Positions 34,609-50,094 of a stretch of DNA of 64,000 nucleotides are shown in pieces (the first letter of the stretch is position 1; every line of letters begins with the position of its first letter). The stretch is from Octopus vulgaris (taxonomy: Eukaryota): NCBI GenBank assembly GCA_951406725.2, contig OX597827.1, positions 3,286,001 through 3,350,000 of the forward strand, written 5' to 3'. The position numbers and the translations under genes are program-made. The notes beneath the pieces were generated by a model. The model ran no database searches. It was not told the origin of the DNA and saw only the letters and a program-made list of their open reading frames with translations.

Positions 34609-37600
34609 TATATATATATATATATATATTCACAGGCATACACATACATATTATACACACTCACAAAGACATATACTTGCGTATTTAGATTGGATTGTGT
34701 AAGTGTCAATACTATATTAAGTATTATCCTGGTGTAGGAGAAGCTTCCAATGGATAAGGGAATTTGTCAGTGTGTGAGCATCTCTTTAATAAATCACCCT
34801 TTGTGTTTAGACAGTTGCCTAAGCTATTAACTTATCCAATATAAGCTTTGCTGGGATGACCAGTCTAATTTGTATAATTATTTTCTAATTTTCAGAAAAT
34901 TGGTGTATTTTTCTCCAATAGATCTCCAAATAGAGATGCAAGTAGTCGGCACAACCCCAGTATTTTCTGTTCTGGAGAAAAGAAAATATTTGTTTCCATG
35001 TTACAGTAAGGTCTGTAACTCAAGAACTGTAGAGTTTTGGTAATGTGCTCTTGAGTGCACTGTACCTAGGAGAAAGATGTTTTGGCCACTATTAGAATGC
35101 CATTAATCACAGAGCTGTTCAATCAGGACTTAAGAGGGGTAGGAAACTAAATGGTAACAGCAACAACAAGCACAGAACCTTAACAGAAAAATATAAAATA
35201 CATAAAAAATGGTTTTAAAAAAGCCAACAGCTATTTGTAAGCACTTACTCTCCTATTTGTCCACATTTTCTAATACCTCACTTAGCTACCTTTCTATTAA
35301 TAGTTCTTCCAACAACAGTAACAATACCAACAGCAACAATGCCAACAATAACAACAACATTATCAGCATCAACAATTAAAGCTGTTATTCTGAATTCTGA
35401 TACATTTTAACACTAATAACAAAACTTCCTCCCTTCTTTTACTCTCTTTCAATTTCCCTCTCTTTCCTCCTCTCTTTCTCTCTCAGTTTCTCTTGTACTG
35501 ATTTAAAACAATTGCCCCCATTAATATTTTACAACACCCTCATTAACCCTTTCCACGATACACTGGAAATGTTGGATGATAGGAGATAGCTTTTTATAAT
35601 TATTTATTGATTATTCTGTCAGAGAAAACAAACTTGGCACAAACAACAAGAACCATTCATATTTCTGGTTGGAAAAAGAAAGGAGAGAGAAAAGCAGTTG
35701 AATACTGTACACACACACACACACACACAAATACACACACACACACAGATACATACGTATGTATGTGTGTATGTATGTATAGACATACACACATACACTC
35801 TACTTGTGTCTGTTTTTATTACCTTTCCTCACACCCTATTAATGCATCTTTTTTTAATATCCTCTGGTATTTTCCGGAGCCATTAGCTTTAGCTATAATT
35901 GATGCTATTTCTCAACTATTATTCTAACTACAAATCACCTGAGTTCCTCTTTTAGAACAACCATTCTGAATTTACCTTCCCCAACCTAGCACAGCAATTA
36001 TTTGTGCTACACTGACCATTCATTCCACCATATTTGTTCCTCCTATTCTAACATTGTCTGTCACCATCAATACTTATAACTATCTTCATTTCAAATTTAT
36101 CATTTCAAATTGAGTTGTGCCAATGTTTCTTCAGAGTTTATCCTCAGACATTCATTTACACCTAGCTATACAAATATACAAATATACTTTTTACAGCCAC
36201 ACATCTTCTTTATTCTCAATATTCCTACCAAATTTAGTGTTGTCTTCTTTGAAAAATCGATTGCTACCATATTTATCCTTGCTTATCATGTATGGAGGGT
36301 GGGGGCCAGTTAATTGTGAGGTCAAGGACAACACGAGAGCATGAGTTCAAAACTTAGTACAACCTTTGTAATATGTTCACGAGTAAAATAGAAAGCCCCA
36401 GCCGTCTCAGTTTTATTGACCACTGACAGTTTCTGGCATAGTTAGGGAAAGGGCAAACATCAAGCTGTGATGCTACTTTAATGATATGAATAAATAAATG
36501 CTCATCTATAAAATACAAGAGCTTTGGTTGGTCAAGTTTGACCATGCATTTGAGTAAGACTGGCAATTGCCTACACAAGCATGTCTCCCCTTTCCATGGC
36601 TTTGATGTTTATTCAAAAAGTAAGACTCTTTTCTTGGGTATGACATGTTTTGACATAACTGTTTTGGTGCTGACTATTTGACATTACTGATTCAATGATG
36701 ACTTATTTGACATTTGCTTTAATCTCTCTCTCTCACTCTCTCTCTTTTTCTCACTCACTCTCTCTCTCTTTCTCTCACACACTCTCTCTCTCTTTTTCTC
36801 ACTTACTCTCTCTCTCTTTTTCTCACTCACTCTCTCTTTCTCTCACACTCTCTCTCTCTCTCTCACTGTTTATGTGTATAAACATCACATTTCTATCTAC
36901 ACGCATGAGGAGAGGGAAATGTTTATATCAATTATATCAATTATATCAATTATGTTCAATTAATAAACTGTAATGTCTGTCTCTCTCACTTTTTCTTTCT
37001 ATGTGTGTTCATTCTTGCTTCCAGTGCCAAGATGTACTGTCACCAAAACAAGCTGAATGTCCAATGAGCCATGCCAAATTAACAGCAGGCAAACAGCTGC
37101 ACCCAATTATCTCATTCCTAGCTTACATGGGTTCATACAGCTTGGCACCATTATCATAGCAAGCTTTGCCATCAGTACACAAAAAGCTGAAACAGAGACT
37201 GGAAGCTATTTTGCCTAACACTTTACCAGTTCCATCGACCCCCTTCCCTGGATTAGGTCCATTTTTGATTCACCCCAAGAAGATGAAAAGTAAAGTTGAT
37301 TTCAGTGAGATTGGAACTTACAGTGCAGAAAGTCAGAATAAATATTGGTTTCAAATTTTGGCATAAGGTCAGAAATTTTAAGAGAGTGGGTAAGTCAATT
37401 ACATTGACCCCAGTAATCAACTGGTACTTAACTTATTGACCCTGAAAGAATGAAAAACAAAGTTGATCTCAGCAGAATTTGAACACAGAACATAAAGACA
37501 AACAAAATGTGCCTAAGCATTTCGCCTGGCATGCTAACGATTTTGCCAGATCGCTACTTTAGTCGGAACAAATATCAGTTTCGAATTTTATCACAAGGCC

Positions 37601-38251
37601 AGCAATTTCGGGGGAGGGGGTTAGTCATTAACATCAACCCCAGTGTTCAGCTGGGACCTATTTTATTGACCCTGAAAGAAAGAAAGAAGGGCAAAGTCAA
37701 CTTCAGCAGAATTTGAAGAAGGATGAAATACTCCTAAGTTTTTTTCACCCAACATGTTAACAATTTTACCAGCTCACTTCCGTTTTGGGAACAAATTTTG
37801 CAAGGTTTTTTATCCAATGTTCTATCCAAATCATTCTATCTAAGGACTCAGAAAATTCACCATAACATCATTTTCATCATTTAATATCCATTTTCCATGC
37901 TGGATGGTTTAACAGGATCCAGTGAGCAGAAGGACTGCTTTAATTTCCAGTGTCAGCTTTGGTATGGTTTCTAGAGCTGGATGCCCTTCCTAACATTAAT
38001 GTTCCTTCTCGAGACATGCCGGGCTCATAAAGGCCCGTTTCCTCAAATTATTACATAAAGTTAACGATCTCAGTGTTGTCCAAACAGACCTGAAAACAAA
38101 ATCTCACTCCCAGCTTCTTCTTTCTATCCTCTTTTTTTCTCATTCTTTTCTTTTCTTTCTTCATTATCTCCTTTTCTCTATATCCTCTCCCTCTTTTCTT
38201 CTCCCTAAAACATAAGAAGTTGTTGCTATTGGTTACATATTTCCAACCTTG

Positions 38252-39203
38252 ATTAAACCATTTAGCATTCAAATTATTCTGTCAAAAGTGAAGGCATGTG
38301 GCTTAGTGGTTAGGGTATTCAGTTCATGATCATAATGTCATGAGTTCAATTCCCAGTGATGCAAGGCACTTTATTTCACATTGCTCCAGTTCACTCAGCT
38401 GGCAAAAATGAGTTGTATCACTATTTCAAAGGGCCAGCCTTGTCACACTCTGTGTCATGCTGAATCTCACTGAGAATTACATTAAGGGTACACGTGTCTG
38501 AGGAGGCTGTTTATGAGCAGGCTGTTCCATTCATTGGATCAGCTGGAACTCTTGTTGCCGTAAGCAACAGAGTGTCACTTTATTCTCTCAAATATAATGC
38601 TTTATTTATTCACATAATTTTGAATTAATCCTGCATTATCTCATAGCTTCAAGATTTCAATGATGTAATTCTCTACACTATCTTTTACTTGTTTCAGTCA
38701 TTTGACTGTGGCCATGCTGGAGCACCGCCTTTAGTCGAGCAAATCGACCCCAGCACTTATTCTTTGTAAGCCCAGTACTTATTCTATCGGTCTCTTTTGC
38801 CAAAATGATAAGTTACGGAGATGTAAACACACCAGCATCGGTTGTCAAGCGATGTTGGGGGAACAAACACAGACACACAAATACACACACACTCATATAT
38901 ATATATATACATACATACGACAGGCTTCTTTCAGTTTCTGTCTACCAAATCCACTCACAAGGCTTTAATCGGTCCGAGGTTATAGTAGAAGATACTTGCC
39001 CAAGGTGCCATGCAGTGGGATTGAACCCGGAACCATGTGGTTGGTAAGCAAGCTACTTACCACACAGCCACTCCTGCGCCTATAATTGTTTACTTTTAGA
39101 TGACATTGTAGGGTAGGAGTGAGAGGCCAGACATCGTCATTTTGGACATAAAACCGATGAATATTTGGGCTGAATATGGCAGGTTTAAATGCTAAAGGGT
39201 TAA
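38252..39203 (-). mobile_element. piggyBac-like MITE split by nested SINE C-type (38290-38575) and SINE A (38681-39081) insertions
   Basis: Three pieces collinear with the reverse complement of 43480-43706; right end GCTAAAGGG-TTAA. Confidence 0.7.
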
Positions 39204-40006
39204 TAAGACCTAGCCCTTTCTTGTGGCCGGGTGCTCTAGGCCTAAAACCTCATATTAAAAAGCAGCTACTCAATAATCTGGAACAGATCCATGAAACTAA
39301 CGTTAACCCAGATATGTCGAATAGAGTTTTGGTCCATAAATGATTATTCACATCAGTCAATGACTGAATTGTCTAAAATTTAAAGAATTGGACAAAGTCT
39401 GCTACAGCCCCACACCCCAGCTAATGTCCAGCAATTATTCCAAGAAATTCTCAAGAAGTACTGAGGTGTGTAATCGTTATTCTAAAGCCTTGTTCAAAAA
39501 GCGAAATTAATTGTCTTTTCCTTGAGGAATTGGTAAAGTTTAATGTTTTGTGGACTGAATGCTTCAAGTTTGCTTTACAAACACACAGTTTCCGGTTCAG
39601 TCCCACTGCATGGCACCTTCTGCAAATATCTTCTACTCTTCTGCTATAGTTCTGGGCCAACCAATAACCTCGTAAGCAAATTTAGTTGATTGACTCTGTA
39701 TGAAGCCTATCATTTGTGCACGCACACCTGCACGCATGCACACACAGACACACAAACACACACACACACACACATACACACACACACACACACATACACA
39801 CACACACGCACGCACGCGCACACACACACACACACACACACCTGTGCATATCTCCTTTACTTGCTTCAGACACTAGACTGCAGCCTGGCTGAGACACCAC
39901 CTTGTAGGATTTTTAGTTAATTGCATCAATCCCGGTACTTTTTTTTCATTTTAAGCCTGGTACTCGTTATATCATTCTCTTTTGCTGAAATGCTATGTTA
40001 TGGGGT

Positions 40007-40089
40007 CATAAACACATCAATATTGGTTCTCAAGTACCTGTAGGGGACAAACACAGACCACAAAGATACACACATAATATATATGTACG

Positions 40090-40127
<38 letters not shown>

Positions 40128-40241
40128 TATACATACACAAACATATATATATATATACACATATATATTATGTGTGTGTGTATCTTTGTGGTGTGTGTTT
40201 GTCCCCTACAAGTACTTGAGAACCAATATTGATGTGTTTAT
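40007..40241. repeat. Local inverted duplication (~80-bp arms) inside a decayed SINE A
   Basis: CATAAACACATCAATATTGGTTCTCAAGTAC... vs ...GTACTTGAGAACCAATATTGATGTGTTTATG. Confidence 0.9.
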
Positions 40242-41039
40242 GGTGGGTTCTTTCTGTTTCCATCTACTAAATACACTCACAAGGCTCTGGTCGCACTGAG
40301 GCTGTAGTAGAAGACACTTTCTCGAGATGCCACACTGTGGGACTGAACCTGGAACCATGTGGTTGGAAAGCACCTATATATGGACATTTAACATAAGCTT
40401 GAATGGATCTGATGAATTTCTTTTGTTTTTGTTTTTGATTTTTTTTTTTTTTGACAATTTTCCAGTTTTGATTAAGAAGCTTGCTTTCCAACCAGTTGGT
40501 CTTCGGTTCAGTCACACTGAATTTGTTTCGTTTGTTTCTATTTTATTAGGAAATGATTTTTAAAAGAAATTATTTTCATTCCAAAAGTTTATATTGCAAA
40601 GGCTGATCTCAAAATGTTGAACCTTACAAAGATGACAGAGGACTGAGATATGTATTGCATAGCTGTAATAAAAAAAAACCTGCCCACCACAACAGAAATG
40701 ATATCCTAAAACCAAAGTGCCACATAATAAGCATTTGTGTGAGTGCTGGTGCCATGTAAAAAGTACTGGTGCTGGTGCCATGTAAAAAGTACTGATAATG
40801 GTATCATGTAAAAAGACAGCCCCAGTACACTCTGTAAAATGGTTGGCATTAGGAAGGGCATCCAGCCATAGAAACCAAGCCAAAACAAAATATGGAACCC
40901 AGTGCAGCCCCTGGCCTTGCCACTTCCTGTCAAGCTGTCCAACCCATGCTAGCATGGAAAACAGACTTTAAATGTTGTTGATGATGATGATGATGATGAT
41001 GGTGGTGGCACATTAACTATTTGTACTTAAGTTTTGATA

Positions 41040-41376
41040 AGAGGACAGAGGACTTGGGGGGGGTGGTGTTGGGGCTGGTGAAATGGCTGGCAAGTGCAAA
41101 TGGGGTGCAGTGGTATGGGCATGTGTTGAGGATGGATAAGGAGCATGTTCTGAAGAGGGTGCTTGAGTTTGAGGTAAATGGACCACGAAAGCAAGGGAGA
41201 CATGGAGGGAGAGATTGGGAGGGTTGGCTTGAGAAGGGAGGATGCCCAAAACTGGGCAAGATGGTTAAGATGGTGTGAAGGCGGTTGCTATGGCATTGAG
41301 GTAGATCCAGCCACCCCCATTAACAAGGACAAAACCCAGATTTAAAACACTTGATGATGATGATGATGATGATGAT
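41040..41376 (+). mobile_element. RTE-type LINE 3' remnant with (GAT)n tail
   Basis: ANGVQWYGHVLRMDKEHVLKRVLEFEVNGPRKQGR motif, then 3'UTR and (GAT)n. Confidence 0.82.
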
Positions 41377-43479
41377 CCTAGGTTGAAAACCCCTGATACA
41401 GATGGATGATGTATCAACTTTTGGTTCCCAGGAGTTCCCAGCCTGACGAGCCACCACACCCCGGTAATGTAAAACAGCATTTTAAGAGACACAAAGGTGG
41501 CAAGCTCACCAAATCATAAGCACATTCGGCAAAATACTTTGTAGCATTTCTTTCAGTTCTCTACATTCTGAGTTCACATACCGCCTAAGTCAACTTTGCA
41601 CTTAATCCTTTCAGGATAAAGTAAAAATCAAGTACTAGAGTTGATGTAATCATTTGCTCCCTCCCCTAAAAACTCCTGGCCTTGTGCTAAAATTAAAAAT
41701 AAATTTTAGGAGGTACAACAAAGAGGGAAAGTATACACTTCATTATAATTGCTTTTCAGGATAAACTTATTAACTAAAATTACTCACAGAAATTATTAAC
41801 TCACTCTTAAAAATAACCTTATTATATTACTTTGACAAAGAATTTTCTTATTTCACAGTAATGGTTCAATTTCAAAAAAATAAAAATAAAATGAAATTAG
41901 TTATTTGAAAATTAAATTTTTTTATCTTCAAATGTGATATTACTTTTGTAGGGGCTGCGAAAATTAATCAAATACTTCCTAGAGGAATGTGGCACAGAAA
42001 AGATTAGGAACCCCTAATCTATAAGACTGAAGTAGAATTAAACTAAAGTTGTGTATAGCATGCCAAAAGAGGAAGTAGAAAGTGTGTAAGAAGAGAAGAA
42101 GCATATGTGAGACTGTGTAGGAGGGAGATGACCATAGGAACGGGAAGATAGCATGAAGTTGTTGAAGATCACAAGATAACAAATGAGAGATTCAAGAAGG
42201 AAAGAAGCAAAGAATTATAAAAGGAAACAAAACAATAATCACATTGAGTGAGCATTCATAGACACACACACACACTTCATCATCGTCATCTTTATTTAAT
42301 GTCCATTTTTCATTCTGGTATGGGTTGGGTGGTTTTATGGGAGTTGCAAAGGCCATGGGCCGCACCAAACTCCATTGTCTGTCTTGGCAAAGTTTCTACA
42401 GCTGGATACCCTTCCTAACGCCAACCACTTTACAGGGTGTGCTGGATGCCTTTTATGTGGCACCATCACCAGTGCTTTTTATGTGAAACTTCATTCAAGT
42501 CATTCTTTACTGACTAAAAATGAAACACACATTCAGCTATACATCCCTAGGTAGACCATGTTGGAAAAGCATGAATGATAATGATCATAGTATTCTTTGA
42601 TGAGGGGTTTGCTTGATCATGGTGGATTTAGGGGTTAAAGAAAACCGCCCACAACTACTACAACCAAGTCTTAAGGGAGACCATATTCTCATTGAACCTA
42701 CAAGAAAAGCAGCCAAGTGTCTTTCAGTTCAAACTCTGTTACCATAAAAAGGGAAAGACTACATTTGGTAGTATAGTCCAAGATAAGCTGTGCCATAAAA
42801 CTGAAGAACAGAAGATGCAATATAAGCCTATATCACTAAAGCTAACCTGGAGTTAAACAACAACAATGATTTATTCTTGTGATTTAGGTACTGGATGACT
42901 ATGGGTGTGTATTACTGCGTTTCTGGGAATTGGAAGGTTTGTCGTGTCTCTGGTGGAGATGAAGAAGGGTAGCCTTCAGTTAAATACAAATATAAATGTG
43001 TCCTTTTAAAGCCTGGCCAGGCTCATGGGCCCAGTTTCCCGGTTTCTATGGCATATATGTAAAATTGTAAGCAAAAGACATTTGCTTGCATGACGGTGAC
43101 ACTCATTTCATAACTATCCCACAAAATCAAGACAAGGAGACAGAAATATGCACACACGCACACCCGCACGCACACACACACACACACACACCGGGTCAAC
43201 ACTAGGAAGTGTGCATCCCAATTAGAGAAGTATCAAAGGGGTCCCTCTACTCTACAAAATCTGAAGAATGATGCTTTATGCTTTGTGTAGTACGCCAGTC
43301 CGGGCCAAAAAGTGTTGAGGGCTTGAGTCTTAACGATTAGCCACAATGATAAACTAAATATTGGAATCTCATATGAAAGTTTTAATGTTTTATTACAAGT
43401 CAAGATAATTAACTGACTTACTTTTTATGACTAGGCCTTCTAAATACAGGTTATTCTGGCTTTTTTATCTGGGAAGGCT

Positions 43480-43706
43480 TTAACCCTTTAGTATTTAAAC
43501 TGGCCATATCCGGCCAAAATAGTTAATCTGTTTTATGTTCAAACTGACCAGATCCAGGCTCTCACACCTACCCTATAATGTTATTCTACATTAAGTAATT
43601 ACACCATCAAGATCTTGAAGATATGAGATAATGCATGATTAATTCAAATTAATGGGAATCAATAGGCATTATGTTTGATTGAATAATCTGAACACTAAAG
43701 GGTTAA
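43480..43706 (+). mobile_element. Intact piggyBac-like MITE
   Basis: TTAA TSD on both sides; TIR CCCTTTAGT / ACTAAAGGG. Confidence 0.85.
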
Positions 43707-46002
43707 AGATCATTTCAAAGTCAATAGTTTCCATAATGTCATTTTCTGTAGATAGCATCACCAAATTATTTAGACTTTCTTGTGAAATTGTTGATCCTAG
43801 GTATGTTTGAATCAGTTTTGGTTTCGAAAAACTTTTCCACCTGCTGCAACTGGTCCAGGCATTGTTAAATAAACCCTCAAAGCAATAAAAATATTAAGAA
43901 ATGCTTAATTCATCATAGTATCTTCCTCTTAAGCATGTGCATGGGGCCAGCTCTTGGTGTGGGGCCCAGTTTGAACAAATCTGTCTTATTGGTTTAAAAC
44001 TGGTCCTGCGTACATGTGCGAATGCACACACACATGTACATAGAATGGATTCCTTTTAGTTTCCATCTACCAAATCCACTCACAATGCTTTGGCAGGCCA
44101 AAGGCCATAATAGGAGACACTTGTCCCAGGGGCCACTCAGTTGGACCGAACCCAGAACCATGTGGTTAGGCAGCAAGCTTCTTACCACATAGCAACACCA
44201 GCATCTACACTCACACACACACACATATATTCTGAAAAGAAACCCCAACATTTAAAATGTAGTTCTGGTTATGGCTATGTCATAAGGAAATGTGGCCAAA
44301 AGACAGGTCATCATCAAAGATCAGTAGGCCAAGTTTGGACATTTTTTGTTGGAATTATTTATGAAGAATGACGGACAGAGGTGGGTAAGTGGATGAATGA
44401 AGAAGTTAGGGAATGAGTGAGTGAGAGATCAAAACAGAATAAGTTAGTAAGTGGAAAAGAGAGTCTACAGAGAGTAGTACATTTTATCACTAAGTGCAGA
44501 GACTGTTTTTTGATGATGTTGAAAGGAGATTGTCATTTTCCTGTTGGGGGATGTTTTTTAAAGAGGTTTATTCATTGATGTAGCACATTAGGTGTCTGTG
44601 TGGGATGGTGGGATGGTGCTTATGTTAGAAATATAGAAGGATAGTTAATAGTATTCAAAGGGGAGTAGGTGTGTGTGGGGGGTGGATTACAAATAACAAT
44701 GAGTATAGATTATTGATGTAGAGAACCAAAACAATGAAAAAATAAATAAATAGATATAAATTGAAAAATAAAAAAAAAAAAACGAAGAATGAAGAAAATA
44801 TTCCTAAATAGGTGCAAGCATAGCTTTATGGTAAGAAGCTTATTCCCCAAGCACATAGTTTCAGGGTCAATTCCTCTGCATGGCACCTTCACGAGAGTCT
44901 TTGACTATAGCCCCGTGTGAGTGGATTTTGTAGACAGAAACTGAAAGAAGCTCTGTGTGTGTATTTTCTTCTATTTCTCTTATTGATTTGGAGTAAGGTT
45001 TGACTGGCCATGTACTTGGTAGCAGGGTTGCAAAAGAAGGCATCTTGTTTTAGCAATCATTATTTAAATCTTAAGAAGGTCTTGCAGCTTTTTATAGTTC
45101 CAGATATTGTGATCATTTGGAGCATATGAATTAAGGATTCATGTTTTTTCCCCAAGATCCAAAGTTAAGCCATACTTTGGTCCAGGTGGGTTGGTGTGTA
45201 TCCTGTTGCTCCAGTAATAATAGGTATAAAGATTGAAGTGTATCTTGAGTGCACGAATGTGTGTATGTGTGTCCTTCTAACCACTGCTTGGCAATCAGCG
45301 TCAGTTTGTCTGTTATGATAATGTAGTGATTCAGCAAAAGAGACAGGTAGAATAAGTACCAAACTTAGAAGAAAATAAGTAATGAAGTCAATGTGTTTGA
45401 TTAAATCTACCAAGGCAGTGCCCCAGCATGGCCACAGTCCAATGACTGAAACAAATACATACATCAGTAAGTAAAGAAATTTCAGTCAGTTTCAATGATG
45501 AAAATTCAGTTATTCAATCATTGAGTTAATATGTAAGTGGTTGAGTATCCCACAGATATATGTAGCATTAATGTATTTTTCAGAATCAGATGGCTCAGTG
45601 GTTAGTGCATCAGGCTCACAATCATGAGGTTGTGAGTTCAATTCCTGAACTAGGCAGTGTTTTGTTCTTGAGCAAGGCACTTTATTTCACATTGCTCCAA
45701 TTCACTCAGCTGTAGAAATGAGTTGCAACATCACTGGTGCCAAGTTGTATCAGCCTTTATCTTTTTCTTAGATAACATCTGCAGAATGGAAAGGGGAGGC
45801 TGGTACACTTGGGCAGCTGCTGGTCTTCCATAAACAACCTTGTCCGAATTTGTGCCTCAGAAGGCAACTTTCTAGGAGTATCATATATAATTTCAAAATG
45901 CTCATGGTGCCGTACTGAAGATTTGATCAAGGACTTTGCAAATAAGAAAAGTAGGAGAAAACTTTTCAAATATAAAATGGAAGAATTCAAAACTAAACGT
46001 TA

Positions 46003-46361
46003 CTAGCACTATGATCCAGCAATGCCGGGTCAAATACAGCTGCATGCATGCGCACATACATGCGAGTACTGTCCAAATCTCTGACCAATCACATACAGCT
46101 AGCTGGCATTCAATTGGCGCATCAAGTTTCGGGCATTTTGATAGGGTTTTGGATAGAAAATTCACAAAAAAGTCACTTCTATTGATTTTTTAATGGCTTT
46201 GCAGGGGGACTGGGAAAATATAAAGATGTGCGCGACCACCCTTAGACAGTTTTGAATGACCATAGAGAGTGCGAGCCCTCTAACTGAAAACTTGTGGATT
46301 TGTATAAAAGATACACACGCACACACACACACACACATTTTGCCGTTTATATATAGAGAGA
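46003..46361 (-). mobile_element. Non-autonomous Helitron copy 2
   Basis: Reverse complement of 32466-32829, with TC...CTAG termini between A and T. Confidence 0.85.
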
Positions 46362-49300
46362 TTTTCTATCTTTCTGTTAGTTTTGTTTCATTTTGAAAAA
46401 TAAAAATTTATTTTATGGTTTATTATTGTTTATATTTTGAATTACATATATTTGAGGGCACCAAAATCTTTTAAGTACTTAAGGCCTCTATGGGCCTTAA
46501 TGCAGATCCGGGCACAATTCATCTGATACATTCTGCCTAGTTTCAGTCCTGCTTTTCTCAACCTAAATTCACTTATACGAAATAGGGTGACCTGAGGGGT
46601 TTGTAAAAGACCCCACTGTGTTTCTTTTTTGTTATTTCTTTCAGTCACTTGACTGTAGCCATGCTGGAGCACTTCCTTGAGGGATTTTGTCAAACAAATG
46701 AATGCCAGTATTTATTTTTTTGAAGTTTGTTATTTACTCTACTGGTCTTTTTGGTTTTTTTTTTTCTTCTGCTGAACTGCTAAGTTACAAGGACATACGA
46801 ATAAAGCGACTCCGATTGTCAAGTGGTGCGGAATAAACACAAAGTAAAAAAGAAAAAAACAAAAAAGCAAACAAAGAGAGAAACAAACAAACAAGCAAGC
46901 AGAGAGAGGGAGGGAGAGAGAAAGAAAGAAAGAAAGAAAGAAAGATGAACTTCCACACAGTTTCAATCTACTAATTTCACTTACAAGTCATTGGTCAACC
47001 TGGACCAATAGTCCAAGATATTGCCCAGTGGCACTGAACTCAAAACCATGAGGTTGCAAAGAAAGCTTCTCAACCACACAGTCATGTCTGTGCCAAAGAA
47101 TCCACAGCAGAATCAAACCCTGGACCTTGTTATTAGAAAGGAAACATCTTTACCATTTGGCCGTACATCATCTACATTCAGACTGTCCTGACAATAACAT
47201 GACATACACTGAGTAATTTAATTAAGTGCCATGTCTTGCCTCAGGATACAACATGGATATTATTAAGGCAGGAGAAGCATTTGTACAAGTATCAATATGT
47301 GGCATGAATAGACGGCAACTGTTTGGATGAGAGTAGCAGGGTGGAAAGTGTTGGGGTGGTGTGTTGACACTGGAAGATACCAATGACAGTCTGCATGACA
47401 TGAAAGAAGACAGGAAAATGTGTATGGAATTGGTAGGGATGGGGTGGGGTGGGTCACATTTTGTGATGGAAGGTCACACACACAATATGACATCAGGTCA
47501 GGGAAGAAAAATGATATTTTTTACAATGTCCATCACATGGCTGTATGATACGAAGTGATGGTGGTGGGTGGCGAGGGGATGAAAATATCAGGATAATAGA
47601 AATATTATGATTATGATGGTGGTGATGGTGGTGGTGGCGATGGTGGTGGTGGTGGTGGTGATGGTGGTAAAAATGAAGAAAAAGGGTCAAATAAAGAAGA
47701 AAATGTAGGGAGTGAGGCTGCAGTCCTTTGTAGGTTTCATTAGATGGGGGTGATTGCAATAAATATGTGAGATTAGGATATTCAATAGTTAATCTTTTAG
47801 ATGGTACAAGTCAGTGTAACAGGACAGTGACACAGGTTAGTAATGCATGTCACTGTCACAGATCAGTGAACAGGTCAGTGGTAGGTCAGCGCCACAGGTC
47901 TGTGGCACAGGTCAGTAGTTGGTGAGAGGGTGTTACAGAAAGATGACATGGTGTAGGTTGCAAGGAGAGATAATTGTTGCAGTGTGGTTAACAGGATGAG
48001 GTCTAGAAAAGGAGGCACACGGGAAGAGAACAGGAAATAAGAATGTATCATCATCTTCATCATTTTGCACCCACTTTATATGCTGGCATGGGTTGGACAG
48101 ATCATCAAAGTCAGAGTCAGCACATATTCGGCGATATACCTAACCTAGGTTGATTAGTAGACCTTATGTCACAAGTTTTTCATTTTCACAGGGTTTCTAT
48201 GGTTGGATGTACTTCCTAACCACACTGTGAAAAAGCACCCTGAGAGTACTAGGTGCTTTTTTCCCATGACCCCAGTACTAGTGTCATGTCTTTGACAGGT
48301 GTAGAAGGCCCTCACAACTCCACATTTCTTGCCCCCTTTGCTCAAACGAAATAAGAAGCATGAGTGATAGAGACATGAATGATAGCGATGCGAGGGATGA
48401 TTGATAAACGTTGGAGTGATAGGAGTGACCAGTATTTTGAGACAAGTATTCAAGGCAATAAAACTTGACTGAAACGACAGGGATATGACAGAGGTCTAGA
48501 TGACCCAGGAAACAGGGATGACAGATGCCTAGGAAGTGTAGAAGAGAAGGAGCAAAAGTATGCTGACAGTTAGAGTGACACCGAGTGATGAATGGCTGAA
48601 CAAGAGAGGAGGATGAAAGTAGAGTGAACTAGGCACAATGGGGTCCAACACATACACATACACCCTGGGGTTGAATGAAGAGAGTAATGACTGAAAGAAT
48701 TGAAGGTAGGCAGGTCATGTGCCAATGAATGGCCCGAAGAAGTGTTATGGACAGGATCAGAATAGTGGAACACTTAACTACGCTAAAAGCATTGTGTGAC
48801 ATGCAACAGAAATCCACTACTATTCTTGGTCATACCAGAGACATTGAAGAGCAGAAATGAAAAGTGGTGTGAATGATTAGTAAAGACGGTAAAGACCCCC
48901 TTCAGCCATGAGTAGCCATGAGATTACACCTACGAAGTTCCCCTCCATAAAACAAGTCCAGGCAAGGTTGTTTGTGGAAGACCAGCAGTTGCCCATGCAT
49001 ACTGGCCTCCCCTTCCCATGCCACTGATGTTATCCAAGGGTAAGGCAAAGGCCAATACTAGTGATGTCACAACTCATTTCTACGGCTGAGTGAACTGGAG
49101 CAACGTGAAATAAAGTGTCTTGCTCAAGAACACAACACACAGCCCAATCCAGGAATCAAACTCATTATTACCTCATGGTAGTGACTTCATGGGTGAATGG
49201 TTCGATGTGAGTGATTAAGTGATGAGTAATAGGTATGGGTGAAAGAAGACAATATACAAAGTATGGAAGAGGACCAACAAAGGTGAGAAAATGCAAAGTG

Positions 49301-50040
49301 TGACAAACAGAAGATATGCACTGCCATCCTTCACGACACCAAGTTTATTTATGCAATGGAGTTACAGAGGAATAACAAAAATCAAAAGAACTGATTGAAG
49401 CAGGAATACTGTGGGATCATTGTTATTATAGTCGGAATATAGAGCGAGAAGACAATGAGGGGAAGATCTACAGTTTGAGGATTTTGGAATAACAGTGATA
49501 GGGTACAAAGATTTGGTTATCAAATGAAAGGTTGTTTTCTTATGCAGAGTTTTGAATATGTGTATGTTTGTGTGAGAGACAGATGGTACCATCATCATCA
49601 TTTTAGTGTCCATTTTCCCATGCTAGCATGGGTCAGACAGAATCTGCTGAAGTAAATTTTCTATGGTCAGATGCCTTTCCTGTTGCCAACCCTCACCTGT
49701 TTCCAAGCAAGGTAATATTTTCCCATGGCTAGACATGTTTTCCGAGGAATACAGGAAACGAATAACATCACCTTATATGATGGTGATGCTTGTTTTACAG
49801 CCATCACATGTTAAAATAAGGGTACACACACAAACAAACATATATATATATATATATATATAATAACAAAGTGAGATAGGGGTTGTGAGTGTAACCCTCT
49901 ATGGGATAACATATATCCAATATACTGCCAGTAAAGCACCCAGAAATGCTAATACATAAATGCTAAGAATTGCAATGCAATTAATGAATTGGTATTATCT
50001 AGTAGTTGATGATTGATTTAAATATATTCCTCCATTTTCT

Positions 50041-50094
<54 letters not shown>

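Noticed and set aside
41438-41480. CTGACGA GCC...GGT possible hammerhead
   Set aside because: No GAAA after the putative stem II and no stem I/III partner
47860-47920. Cluster of AGGTCA nuclear-receptor half-sites
   Set aside because: Lies in purine-rich low-complexity sequence without canonical spacing; not distinguishable from chance
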